From NCBI GenBank assembly GCA_003427395.1, contig BFEA01000020.1:3121986-3185985 (forward strand): DNA of 64,000 nucleotides, given 5' to 3'. A program made the position numbers and the translations under genes. Below the pieces are notes generated by a model. The model was not told the DNA's origin. It worked only from the letters and a program-made list of their open reading frames with translations, and did no database searches. Shown one piece after another: positions 26,526 to 38,149 of this stretch (position 1 is its first letter; every line of letters starts with the position of its first letter). Source of the stretch: Chara braunii. Lineage: Eukaryota; Plantae; Charophyceae.

Positions 26526-27926
26526 ACTATAGTGGGAAAATGGCAGACCAAAATTGGTAAAATTTGGGCCCCGGGCCCAAATCTCACAGCGCCGCACTGC
26601 CGCAGTCCCGCAGTACCACTGGGTCTGTCCCGTGGGACCAACACCAACCAAAGGAGAGAAGCAAAGTGCTCCTTGCCTTAGCTATGGCTGCCCAGTCTTC
26701 CTCTTCGCGCTCCTCTGCAGACCTCCAACTTCTTCTCCTTGCCTCAGGCAGCACCTCAGCAGCCCAGCAGCACTCAAATGCACGTCACACAATGACAACA
26801 CGAATGCTTTGTGAGGCAGCCGGGGGCAGCTGGCTGTTTTATAGTGGCTGAGGAGGGCTGGTCGTCACTCCAGCCCCCAGGCAAAATCGCGGGCTCACTG
26901 TGAGCCCTTCATCTGCCAAGATCCAAGGCTGACTGTGGCCGCACGACAACCACAACCTTAGTGTGGGGCGGTTTTTTTAACTGCTCTATTTTATTTTTCT
27001 TTTTCTTTTTCCCAGCTATCTCGGAATCTAGCGAGATAGCTACGCTCCTGCCATTTCCAAATATGTTTTTCTTTTATTTTTCTAATAAAGGGTTGAAAAG
27101 ATACAACCCTTTTCAGTTTGATGTATCTGGACCTTTTTTCCAGGGTAGATACATCGAGGAAAAAGGCTGTATCTAGCCTTTTCCTTAGTGGCCCTTTAAT
27201 TTCCAGGCTCCCTTCAAAAATGGGAGCCTGACAGTTACCTCTGGCAGAAGCACCACGTGAGGACAAGTGTCCTCACACTAAATAAAGAAAGGAAAAGAAA
27301 AAAAACTAACTTCCTAAATTCTACCGCACCTGGCTTTTACCTTGGCCAGGTGCATGCTGTTGCATACAACAACCCCCTTCCTTTTTCTCTGCTGTCCTCC
27401 CCTGAAAACGGGGAGGCAGTTGGCAAGTTGGGAGGAGTAGGTCCTCCCCCGCCCAACTCCCATGCCCCTCTCTCTGTCTCTCTCTCCCACGCGAGTACTG
27501 TGAGCCACGAGATTCAAGATCTCGTGGCCAGAGTGAGTAGGCAAAAAAAACGAAGTGGAAGCTTTTATGCTCCCACACAGTCCCAAGGACTGTTCTAGTC
27601 CTACCACGAGGCAGTTGCCTCGTTTTCGTTTTCTTTTTCTGCTTTTTTTTTTTTTTTTTTTTTTTTACAGTTTTTCAAGTTTACTTCGCTTCTTAGTCCT
27701 TTCCCGTTGCTTTCCCTTCTGGCTGTACTTCAACGGCCACGAACGGGGAGGAACAAAACAACAACAAACAAACAAAAAAAAGCAGAAAAACAAATAAAAA
27801 AAAACTTACTTGAAATTGTTGTCTGGCGGCCGCAGCAACAACAGTGGCCTTGACCACTGCTCATGACTGTATTCTTCCACGTTTCCGCGGAAGATTCATT
27901 CGATTTTGATCATCCTATACGTGGTG

Positions 27927-27996
27927 TGTAGGTAGGTAGGTAGGTAGGTAGGTAGTCTTTTTCTCCCTCTCTCTCTCTCTCCCTCTCTCTCTCTCT
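27927..27996 (+). repeat. (GTAG)n followed by (CT)n microsatellites
   Basis: Direct observation, just upstream of the hammerhead. Confidence 0.9.
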
Positions 27997-28048
27997 GTCA
28001 CGCGCGCCCGTACCTAGACGTTATTAGCGTTGGGTTCAGGTGCAATGG

Positions 28049-28106
28049 TAGACTGTCGAGGCTGCAGCCTCCCGATGAGTCGGTGAAACCCTGACGAAAC
28101 AGTCTG
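28049..28106 (+). ncRNA. Type III hammerhead ribozyme motif with a U4>C core variant
   Basis: Stem III AGACTGT/ACAGTCT; GTC cleavage triplet (cut after 28057); stem I GAGGC-TGCA-GCCTC; core CCGATGA; stem II GTCGG-TGAAACC-CTGAC; GAAA. Confidence 0.85.
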
Positions 28107-29381
28107 GCACAAGTTACCCGTTCGTTCAAAACAAACGGGTGTCCAAAAAAAAAAGGAAGAAAAATAACGGAAAAAAAAAAAAAAAATCTAAACTGAATCT
28201 AAGAAAANNNNNNNNNNNNNNNNNNNNNNNNNNNNNNNNNNNNNNNNNNNNNNNNNNNNNNNNNNNNNNNNNNNNNNNNNNNNNNNNNNNNNNNNNNNNN
28301 NNNNNNNNNNNNNNNNNNNNNNNNNNNNNNNNNNNNNNNNNNNNNNNNNNNNNNNNNNNNNNNNNNNNNNNNNNNNNNNNNNNNNNNNNNNNNNNNNNNN
28401 NNNNNNNNNNNNNNNNNNNNNNNNNNNNNNNNNNNNNNNNNNNNNNNNNNNNNNNNNNNNNNNNNNNNNNNNNNNNNNNNNNNNNNNNNNNNNNNNNNNN
28501 NNNNNNNNNNNNNNNNNNNNNNNNNNNNNNNNNNNNNNNNNNNNNNNNNNNNNNNNNNNNNNNNNNNNNNNNNNNNNNNNNNNNNNNNNNNNNNNNNNNN
28601 NNNNNNNNNNNNNNNNNNNNNNNNNNNNNNNNNNNNNNNNNNNNNNNNNNNNNNNNNNNNNNNNNNNNNNNNNNNNNNNNNNNNNNNNNNNNNNNNNNNN
28701 NNNNNNNNNNNNNNNNNNNNNNNNNNNNNNNNNNNNNNNNNNNNNNNNNNNNNNNGAGCAGCTCTTCAATATGAAGAGCTAGCCCAGGTGATTTCCCTGC
28801 CTGCGGCCTTGCAGGCTCCGCCCGTATGTGGCCTAGCAGGCCTGCCCCGGCTATGGCCTAGCAGGGCTACCCTGCCTGTGGCCTGCCGTTTACCTGCCCG
28901 TGGCCTACCCATACCGGTTAGCCGCGTGACCACGGCTTGGTCGGCCATCGAACCGGGTAAGCCTTGGCATTTGCCTATCGGCTCCCAGGCTCGAAGTCAG
29001 ACCCCGCAGCCCTAAAAAAAACAAATGCTTCCTACACCTCCTGCGTTGTGGCCCTATACTCCGGCGCAACCCTCTTTTTAGCCCATTTAGGCCCTGAATC
29101 ATAGGTAGGATAGGTTTAATTTTAACATTTCTTTATCCGCACATTCCTGCGGTTTTGACAATTCGTAGCCTTGTCGTTCACATCCGATACCTCCGGACGT
29201 CACATGCGTCCGGACTAAGTCCGAAAACTCTTAGTTTCTCAATCATAGGTCAAGTCGGAATAAACTTTTGGCAGACGTCAGTCTCATCAAGACTATTATT
29301 TCAACGCAAGAGTCGGACAACGTCCGACGTTCAAAAACACCGGCAAATACCCTTGTCAAGGTTTTTGCCCCGACATCACGG

Positions 29382-30170
29382 AACAACGTCACGAGCTTTG
29401 TAGACGACAGGGTCATACACTCTAAGACTGGTGAGACAATGGCCCAATCCATTGAAGAGTATTACCTCCGATACCCGTTTGTGGTGGAGTTTCTAATGGA
29501 CAGGGGGTCAGAGTTTACTTGTAAAGAAGTGAAGATGCTCCTAGACGAATATGGGGTAACTGTGAAATATACGACTGCAACACATCCCAAAGCGAATGCG
29601 TCAGTGGAAAGATGACATAGTACACTTACGAACCTCCTTGCGAAGTGGACAGGCGGAAGATTCATTCAATGGCCGAAGTATTTGAGGGCAACCTTCTTTG
29701 TGGAAAATGCGACTGCTAAATGAATCACGGGGTATGCGCCAGCAACACTTTGGTATGGGAGGCACGCGACATTTCCAACCGAAAGCATCCTAAAGACTTG
29801 GAGACGGCAAGACCTCGAGACTAATTTGTCATTTGAAGACCTTCTCGATTTAAGAGCACGCCAAATCGGAGCTACGAAAGATAGAATCAGGGATGTGGCT
29901 AACAAATCAGCAAATAGCTGCACCGCAGATAAGTTCACGTGAGATTGATTGACGCGCGTTCGAAGAGAGCCATTAAAGGTTGGAGATATTGTATTGTTGT
30001 ATGACTCCTCGTTAGAAAAGCAATGGTCCCGAAAGCTCGACAAGAGATGGCTCGGACCATACAGGATTGCCCGTTGTGGAGACTATGGATAATATCAGAT
30101 TGAGGAACCGAACAGGACGACACAAAAGGACTGGGTGTCATGAGGCAAATTAGCAAAATTTGTAGCACAG
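29382..30170 (+). pseudogene. pol: Remainder of the element A integrase (catalytic core and GPY/F region)
   Basis: FLMDRGSEFT, HPKANASVER, WPKYL, TGYAPATLWYGR, KVGDIVLLYD, RWLGPY; in-frame stops. Confidence 0.92.
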
Positions 30171-30310
30171 GAAGGGGTAAGTATGCATACGATAAGAATA
30201 AGATAACAAAAGGGTAATTAGGAGGTTAATATAAATTAGGAGTCAGAATTAGAGAGTTAATTGAAGAGTTTTGTTTGGTATGGTCAATGCTAAAGGTTGT
30301 AACCACCCGT

Positions 30311-30355
30311 ACTGATTCCCTTGTGTGCGTCTTGTTTTTCTCGCTTGTTCTGCAG
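30311..30355 (+). promoter_or_regulatory. Predicted 3' splice site upstream of the extra ORF
   Basis: CTGAT branch-like motif, long pyrimidine tract, TGCAG; ATG at 30366. Confidence 0.6.
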
Positions 30356-30365
30356 GCGTAACTTT

Positions 30366-32759
30366 ATGAAGACGACCATGCCGAAGGGTGGGAGGGACAA
30401 ACAGCCTCAAGAAGGTCCAGGAGGCGGGGAATCATCACGATCACATCAGCGAGACAACACTCCAATCTATGACGATGGTAGCCCAGATATGTTCATCGAG
30501 CAGTTCACGCGGCATGCGACAGACAGAGGATGGTCAAAGGGAACGATGATCCAACATTTGAGGGGTACGGGAGAGATGGGAGAGAGGATTGAGGAGTTGT
30601 GGACGCAAGGAGGGAGCTGGTTAGAAATAGAGGTGGGATTGCGGTTGCTGCAGCCATCACCGATAGGACTTGATGGGTTGCCCATTTGTATGACTGCAGA
30701 CAATCTGGACGAGTTCTTTCCAGCATATGAGGAGCACTGCAGGACAGTGGCCGTCATGAGAGAAGAGTACATGAGGAGGTCCCACAGTGGGCAGTGCCTG
30801 GGCTACGGAGAGACATCGCCCAAATTGGGCGTGCGGCGCGAGACTGGGAAGACTGCAAGGCCCAGATAAGGAGTGTCTGTGGGTTGTTTCGACACGACTC
30901 TCCAAGACCGCGAGTCGAGAGGAGGAGGAGGAGTGATTGAGTACGTGGCAGGAAGGAGACAATCTGTCTCTCGCCGATATAGAGAGGTCATTGATTTGGG
31001 GGACGATAGTCCACCTTTGTCAACCATTCACGAGACTGAGCCAGAGAGGAGAGTTACCCCTGAGAAGAAACATGAAGTGAGACCTGTTGTAGAAACTATC
31101 CTTGAGCTGGGGGACCGACCAAAGGCAGAGATGTTGGAGGAAGCGCGACCGATTGCGAATTTAGAGGAGTTGGAGACCCATTCGGAACCATCACAGTGAC
31201 CGTCGTCAGAGGCTGTTCCTGCCCCCACATCAGATGCGGCCCCTAGCAGTGTGGAGGCCGACAGAGTGATCGACACGCATCTTACGGCTGGGTTGGCATC
31301 ATCGGCAGGGGTTGCTAAGGCACCATCAACGGGTTCACCCAGAAAAGGGGCTCAAACTGAGCTAGTGGTATGTTGGGGAGCTCAGACCGAGCCAGTGGTA
31401 TGTGGGGAGACCCAATGACGAACCAGTCATCAGGCAAGGGAGACCCTACAGGAGCGTCAGGCCAGGGTAAAGGAAAGACTCGAGGAATTGGGAAGAGAGA
31501 AAGATAGGCATGAGGCAGCAGAAACACTACCAGACCCACCAGCAGATATGGGGTCGCAAGAGAGAGGAGTAGAGGCAATCTGGGCTAGATGGCTGGAGCA
31601 GAGAGACGCAGATCGTCAGAGACCTCAGGGCTTTGAATTTGTGGACATGAGGCTGGATCGTCGAGATGAGCTGATGGATTCTAGTTTTGTAGCAGCACGA
31701 AGGGCAGATCAGCGTTTGGAAGAGAAGATATGACGGCTTGCAACAACCTCTTTCGATAGGTACTCGATGTTGAGTGCTAAGTTGCAAGCACAAAAGCTAA
31801 AGATGGAAAGTCTGACCAAGCGATTGGAAAAGGTAGAGGCTGAAAACAAGTAACAGAAGGCGGCAGCCCAAGCAAAGGATGCTGAATGGGAGAGAAGACT
31901 TTGAGAGATGGAGGCGAAGATGGAGAAGTTCCAATCCACCACAGTGGTAGACTAGACCGAGCAAAGCAGGTACGACGTCCAAGGTCAAGCACTGGATGGT
32001 CTGTTTGTACAGAAGAAGGGGACGAAACCATCTCAATATCAAGGTTTGGGTAAGGTGATTATGGATCCTGCCGAGGCTAAGGCAAAGAAAGAAAGGGAGA
32101 AGGGAAACTTTGAGTTAAAGGCCCCAACAAAATTGGCCTCTCAGTTACCAATGCCTATGCAGAAGGAGGGAACGGTGGGAGAGAAGGCTCAAGTACCTAT
32201 GACAGAACCAGGGGAAGGGCAAGCAATGGAAATAACTCAGGCACCTGAGCCAGAACAGGTAGAGAGATCTTTAGACAGACTACTAGAGGCGCCCATGGAG
32301 AGGTTGATGTGCTTACCTACCTCAGCCACGGTCAGTGCACCTACCCACACACTAGGAGAGGAGGGTGCATATGGGACAGCGGCGAAGATTTGGTTAGGGA
32401 TGCCACTAGGGTTGCCCGAGAGTACGATGAGTCCTACGCTGACCATGGAGAAGGAGAGCCAGCCGTCAGAGAGGGATCTTCCTGAGATTGTTGCCGCAAG
32501 TGCTATGGAGGTAGATGTTCCCCTGGAGACGCCACAGAGGCTGGACACCCCAGAGTATGTACCACCGCTTGGCAAGCCTGGAGAGGGGATGAACTCATGG
32601 TTGGCGGGGGCAGCCATGGGAGAGTCGGTACCCATACCGACACAAGAGGGAGCCACGACCCAGGCGACAGATGCCCTCTCATCATCAACCCCTCATGAGA
32701 GGAAGAGAAAGAGGATAAGGAAGCACGAACGGGAACAGAAGGTTGCAGGCCCAAGTTGA
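30366..32759 (+). pseudogene. Extra ORF downstream of integrase (env position): Gag-capsid-like N-terminus, coiled coil, E/P-rich tail, basic C-terminus
   Basis: Fragments 30321-30869, 30873-31199, 31488-31733, 32046-32759; PIYDDGSPDMFIEQFTRHATDRGWS resembles retrotransposon Gag motifs; KRKRIRKHER at the end; no obvious TM segment. Confidence 0.65.
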
Positions 32760-34870
32760 TTGGAGGAAGGCCTTGTGATTGTATTTAGTAGGGAATCTTT
32801 CCTAATAAGGTCCGGAAAACGGAAAGGACGGAGTGTGGGTTGTTGAGTAGTTGTGTGATAGACTTGGTATAGGATTGTATTAGGATTGTACATTCTTAGA
32901 GACACGTGTGTTGTAGTCCTTGTTCAAGATAGCACGTTAGTATGTATATAGAGATCTTTGGATTATGATGTGATGTGATTGGGTTGTTTTGCTTTTTCAG
33001 TATGGTAACCATGGGGTTATGTCAGATCATACTTCATAGGCTACCTTTTCTATTTCTTTTTAGCATCATTGAAGGGATGAGGGGATTCGACTATTGAAGT
33101 CGTGGTACCTTTGTGTGATACTTGGTAATATTGTGGTCATTCCTAATTCCTTTGGGCTAGGGATTTCTTCCCAACTTTGGATATATTAACAATATATTGG
33201 TTACCTTGTTTCATTTGTAAGGTTGATTCAACTCTAAGTACACAAGTGGCTTCGAGGCTATTCTTGTTCCGTTGAGTTGGGATATCCCAACTTTGTACAT
33301 AATTAGGATTCGAGGTTACTTCTTGGTCTGATGACCACGATCACTCTCATGTGTGTGGACTTATCATAGCGTATGACTATTTTGTGTGAAAGGTATATGT
33401 GATGCATTTCTTATACTTTATGAGTGTAAGATGTATAAATTATCTACTCTTTTGTATACTTGGGCAACCTTCCGTATGGACGGACAAGGGGCCTAAGTAT
33501 AAGAAATAAAAATGTCGTTTTATTTTAAGGAATTGGTGTAAAGGTCCCAAAGGACCTATGGAATAGTATGATTGAATGTTTGTCCATACCATATGTTTTT
33601 TAGAATTAAGACAAGGACCCACAAGTTGGTCTCTCGGTATGAGTGTTTTATGGTTGACTCATCTCCACGTCGGAGGTGGTTATGAGATTTTATGAGTGAT
33701 TGCCCTTCAAAAAGGAAGGTGGTTTAAAGAGGCATGAAAAACAGTTTGATTGATGAAGTCTGACGAGAAAGACCAGGAGACTGACTTATTGGTGAAATTT
33801 TGGAATGTCGCACATATGAGGAAATTTTGAGAGATGTCTTTAAGATATGTGGTCTACCTTGCTTTGATCAAACAAGGGAGGCCACGACCCTGTGAATCTG
33901 GCAATGATTTTCTGTACTTTTTTTTGGAAAGGAGGTCGTGTCCCCTATGCTGTTCCATAGCGAGCTGGTGAATATCTTTGAACCAAGCAGACCTCTGCGT
34001 AATCTCGCAATAGGCCTGAGTTTACTGCGACACACTGTCAAACCACTATGATGCTAATCTTAAGGCATTTATAAGAGACTCAGCTAGGGGTCAAACTGAC
34101 ATCACTGGGGTGCAACCCCCATTGTTGGCTGTTGACCGGCATAACCTAGCAGCGGTCTCACGTCTCACCAAATGGGTAACACTTGAGGGGTGTGGCCGCC
34201 TCAGAGAATCTTATTCCCGCGGGATCTCAGAGGGATAAGACTCAAGTCTGACATGTATTTTGAGTCCTGATTAAGTGTTTCATCAGGAAAAGTTGCCTAT
34301 TGTTGCACAACCAACAAGGGCACCGCCTCTAATATAACAACGCGACGGGCCGTAGATCTGCCTCGATTAACCAGACTATGGTGAGCCAAGATGAAGACCT
34401 TCCCACCTGTGCTAGACTCCAAGACGGGTGTTGTTTGGATTATGAGATTATATGGATAGGCCAACAATGTTTGGCACGAAAATATTCTTCAGGCTCAGAA
34501 AGGTCTCGATTAGGGTCCGCGTCTAAAGCTTTGGCCTCGTACGCGAGCACAAGACGATGGACACTCAACGAAAAGTCGGATGATGTGTAGGGCTAAGGGA
34601 GAGGGTGTCAACTGTTTACCCAAAATCGAAATTCAGGCTGTAGTACTAATCAAGTATCCTTGGAAATCCGAGGTCAGGAATCAGGAGACCCAAGTTAGAA
34701 CCCTGACAGCTCAAGGTCGTAAAGAGTGTTCAGTTGGTTGACCACTCAAACAGAACCATACCGGTGGATCGGATTGGTTATTTTCTCATCAGCAAAAAAA
34801 TGTTATGCATCATTTGAATTAGTTGATTATCCGATGCGACGGGGACGTCGCTTAATAAGGTCCGGAAAGC

Positions 34871-37800
34871 TGTAGGCGTGAATACCCTTACAAGGGTATT
34901 CATGCGCATATTTGCACTTCACATAATTAGTGTCTGAGGCGATACTAGAAGCTATAATTTATATATAAGTATCACGCGGCCCACGCTCGACTCATTTTTA
35001 ATCGAACCATGGGGCGTGCGGGGGGAGAGTAGAGAGTGTGTGGGCGTGCAGTTCTGAGACGCGCGTGATGATTTTTATCTTGATATTATAGAGTCGGCGT
35101 TTCCGCCGACAAAATTTTAATTTTTGATTAAAGCTAGGAAGGGTTTTCTTTTATTGAAGTGATCGTGGTGCGTCTATGCTCATACAGATGGTGTCATCGG
35201 CAATGGTATTGCCTTTGAGCGATAATCGAACATGTGAGAGGAAATAGATCGCGAACAAGGGCTTTCGCATGGTGGACGAGGAAGCTTGGCGGTCGTGGGT
35301 TCGGCTGATAGGTCGAGGTGTGGCCTTAGAATGTTTCGGTAGACCTGTATGTCGCGTGGTAACCGCTTATATAGGTGTCCGCTAGTGTCAGACTCAGCCT
35401 TGGGTCTAACACTACTGGTATGGTAACGAACATTCATTCAAGGGATCCATGGATTGAGATCAGCACGGCAGCACAGGAGCAGTGGAGCGGCGAGGAGGAA
35501 CTTGGGGTTGAGGGTCTGGCGGGGTTACCCCACCTTGGTTTTGCTATCAACAAAGACGGAGCAAAACTGGCGGTCCCTTTTTCTCGTCGGTCGTTTCCTG
35601 ACGATTAAAATCTTTCTAAATATTTTACTATTTACCGTCGTACTATTATTATTTTTATGCTTCGACTTTCCTAGAATAGGATGTAACAATGGAATACGGG
35701 CCGTTAGTGCCCGTCACGACAGTCGAGGACCTTGAGCAAATGCCTCTTTTGACGGGCCCGTTCGGGTTCCTACGTATTCAGGATGCTGGTGAAATCCCTT
35801 TATCCCGCCCGTCTTGGAACGAGGACCGAGAAGCTCAACGTGCATGTGAGCCGGTGGGTGATTAGCTGACGAGGCGGAGTAAACCTGAGTGGCAGGGACC
35901 CTCCGCGAGGACACCGTCCGCCAACCTCAATCTGATGAGAGAGGTTTGAATCTGGGCATGACCCGTCCCACTTTTTGTTGTGTGAGGTTTGAGTATGAGC
36001 ATGCCCTTTGAAACTCGAAAGACGGCGAATGGTGCTAAGGCATAGTGGCGGAGGGCGTAGATTGTGCACATCTGCGCACATAGGATCCTTCCCCACTTCA
36101 GTTTTCAGAAGTTCCCATTTGAATCTTTGCTGCCACCACCAAGATCTGCACCGGGACCCACTTCACTCAGGCTTATGCTGCAGACTTTGCAGCAGGCCCT
36201 CGCCCTTCTACTCATTGGGGCGTCGGAATCAATGGCGCTGAAGCACCCGACTTATGCTCCGAGGCTGGCTAGGCAACCAGCAGCCTGGTACAGTTGGTAC
36301 ACCTATGAACTGTCGAAAATACAGACCGAAAGTTTACCACAAATATCATATTTTTATTATTTATTTGTTTTATTTATCTTCGTTCACTAAAAATTTTTGT
36401 GCAAGATTTGTGGACGGCGCCATGTGACCAGCGGAGTACCAAAGTGTTATTGCTCCAAACGGCCAGGGCCTTGTCCCATCTGAAAAGGTACGGCGGTGCG
36501 ACCCCTTGGAATCCGGAAGATGGTGAACAGTGTCGTGGGCACAGTCTGCCCAAAGGCACCAGTGGGAGGCTGCCGAGGTGTTTGCTGTGTGGCAGGCTGT
36601 CTCGGAAGTTGTGCACATGGAACCCTTACCCACACTTCGGTCTTCGAAGTTTCTTTTGAATATTTGCCTACCGCCACCAAAATCTGCGCTTGGAACCCGA
36701 AAGATGGTGAACTGTGTCGTGGGCACAGTTCAACAGAGGGCACCAGCTAGAGGCTGCCGCAATGCTTGCTGTGTGACAGGCTGTCCCGACAGCTGGTAAA
36801 CAAGGCATGAGCATAAAAGGGTCACGGGTACTGCGGTAAAAACCCGCAGCGATGCTGATCTGTAAATTGTCCTTCGGATCTGGGTATAGAGCGGAAGACT
36901 ACTCGAGCCATTTAGTTGTTGATTCCCTCTGAAGCTTCCCTCTGGGTAGCCGGAGCTGAAGCGAGATGCAGTCTGTGACTGCATGATCCACCAACCACGA
37001 TCTGCTGTGAGAGGTTTCAGTAGGGTAATGCCCGTTGGGCACAGTGGCGGAGGGTGCAGATTGTGCGCAGCCACTTACATGAGACCCTCTCCACTTTGGT
37101 CTTCAAAAATTCCCATTTGAACATTTGGTTACGACCACCAAGATTTACATTAGGGCTGGCCTACCGGTGCTCATGCTGCAGGTTCCGCAGCAGGCCCGTG
37201 CCCTCGATCCCGCGACGTGTGTTTGAGTCTGTCCGTTGAAAATTCGGAAGGGTGTAAGCTCTGCCTGAGCAGAGCTTGACCTGAGGCGCAGTGGAATAAG
37301 CGTGCAGTAAATACGGGCGAAAAACTAGTCGGACGGCGTTCTCTTCGGAGTTTTTCCCCAGATTGACTCAAGCCGCCAAACAACCTTCACTAGATCGTCG
37401 GGCGGTGCGCTACGAAGAAAGACTAATGGGAGGGACGCAAAGTTGTGGGGGCGTGAGCAACAGATCGAACGTGGATGTGTAGAAGAAATAGTGATAGTAT
37501 AGAGAGAGAGGAAGAACGAATTAGAGAAGAGAGGGGTAGCGCAGGAGAGCGCGGCAAGACCGGAAGGAAAACAATAGAGACAATGACGAAGGAAGAACGA
37601 ACTTGGATGCAGTTTCGTGCCAGGTACGTTCGAAGAAAGGGGGAGGAGACAACGTTGGAGCCAGAAGCTATGGCGGAATGAAAAGTTACGGCGTGCTCGT
37701 TTCCTGATAAACTCAGGCAAGACAAGGTGGTAAGTTGGGGTTTTTCTGTGTGACAAACTGATCTGAGGCATCAAATTTGGGTTCTAGAAGGCGGATTGAC

Positions 37801-38100
37801 CACTACCAGAATAATAAGTTGTGTGCGAAGGAATCGAGAGCAGAAGGAGAACGAAAAGCAAAGGGGGAAAAGGTTATAACTCACTCATTTCTCGACAGAA
37901 TCGAGTATGGTAAAAGGCTAGACGGGGGTTTTGGGACATGGCGAAGAGATTGGCAGTACCGGATTTCGATTTTGGGCAGCAATTTGGCTAGTGTGAACAC
38001 AGAAGGTTAACGACACCTATTTTTTTCATTATTCTAGGAACACTCGGTTGACAATCCTGATTTCTACGAGTTCAGACCAATGTTTTCACTAGCATTCTTG
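34871..38100 (+). repeat. LTR (U3 part), same superfamily as the other two giant LTRs; 3' end not found
   Basis: Starts TGTAGGCGTGAATACCCTTACAAGGGTAT versus TGTCGGTGCGAATACCCTGACAAGGGTAT (minus strand from 52509); GTGTG.GCG...AGTTC..GACGCGCGTG is shared between 35036-35075 and the reverse complement of 52322-52365. Confidence 0.75.
35780..37290. pseudogene. Mosaic of degenerate LSU (25S/28S) rRNA fragments in both orientations
   Basis: Sense: CCCGTCTTGGAACGAGGACC (cf. CCCGTCTTGAAACACGGACC), ACCCGAAAGATGGTGAACT, GGGTATAGAGCGGAAGACTACTCGAGCCATTTAGT. Antisense: CCACTTCAGTTTTCAGAAGTTCCCATTTGAATCTTTGCTGCCACCACCAAGATCTGCACCG at ~36093, related copies at ~36612 and ~37070. Confidence 0.85.
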
Positions 38101-38149
38101 AAAAGTTTTAAGATTTACATTGTTGGTATGGTGCCCCGTTTACGGAGAG

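Larger units (their letters stand above)
22551..29375 (-). mobile_element. 6.8-kb solo LTR inserted into the integrase of element A
   Basis: Ends TGTAGAGCG...GCCCCGACA; flanks GCACGG (22545-22550) and TCACGG (29376-29381), sharing CACGG; the integrase frame rejoins on removal (...IFDAR|NNVTSFVD...); both ends are homologous to the PBS-flanked LTR at 45332-52509. Confidence 0.88.
21580..38100 (+). mobile_element. Ty3/Gypsy element A (3' part: end of RNase H, integrase, extra ORF, 3' UTR, probable 3' LTR), interrupted by a nested solo LTR; right boundary approximate
   Basis: Integrase is collinear across the insertion; an LTR-type terminus begins at 34871. Confidence 0.75.

Noticed and set aside
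33325-35945. Other CTGANGA motifs (about 33328, 33760, 35867, 35932) as hammerheads
   Set aside because: No stem II plus GAAA and cleavage stem in the correct arrangement.
35780-37290. Functional rRNA gene
   Set aside because: Fragmented, repeated, in both orientations and substituted at conserved positions.
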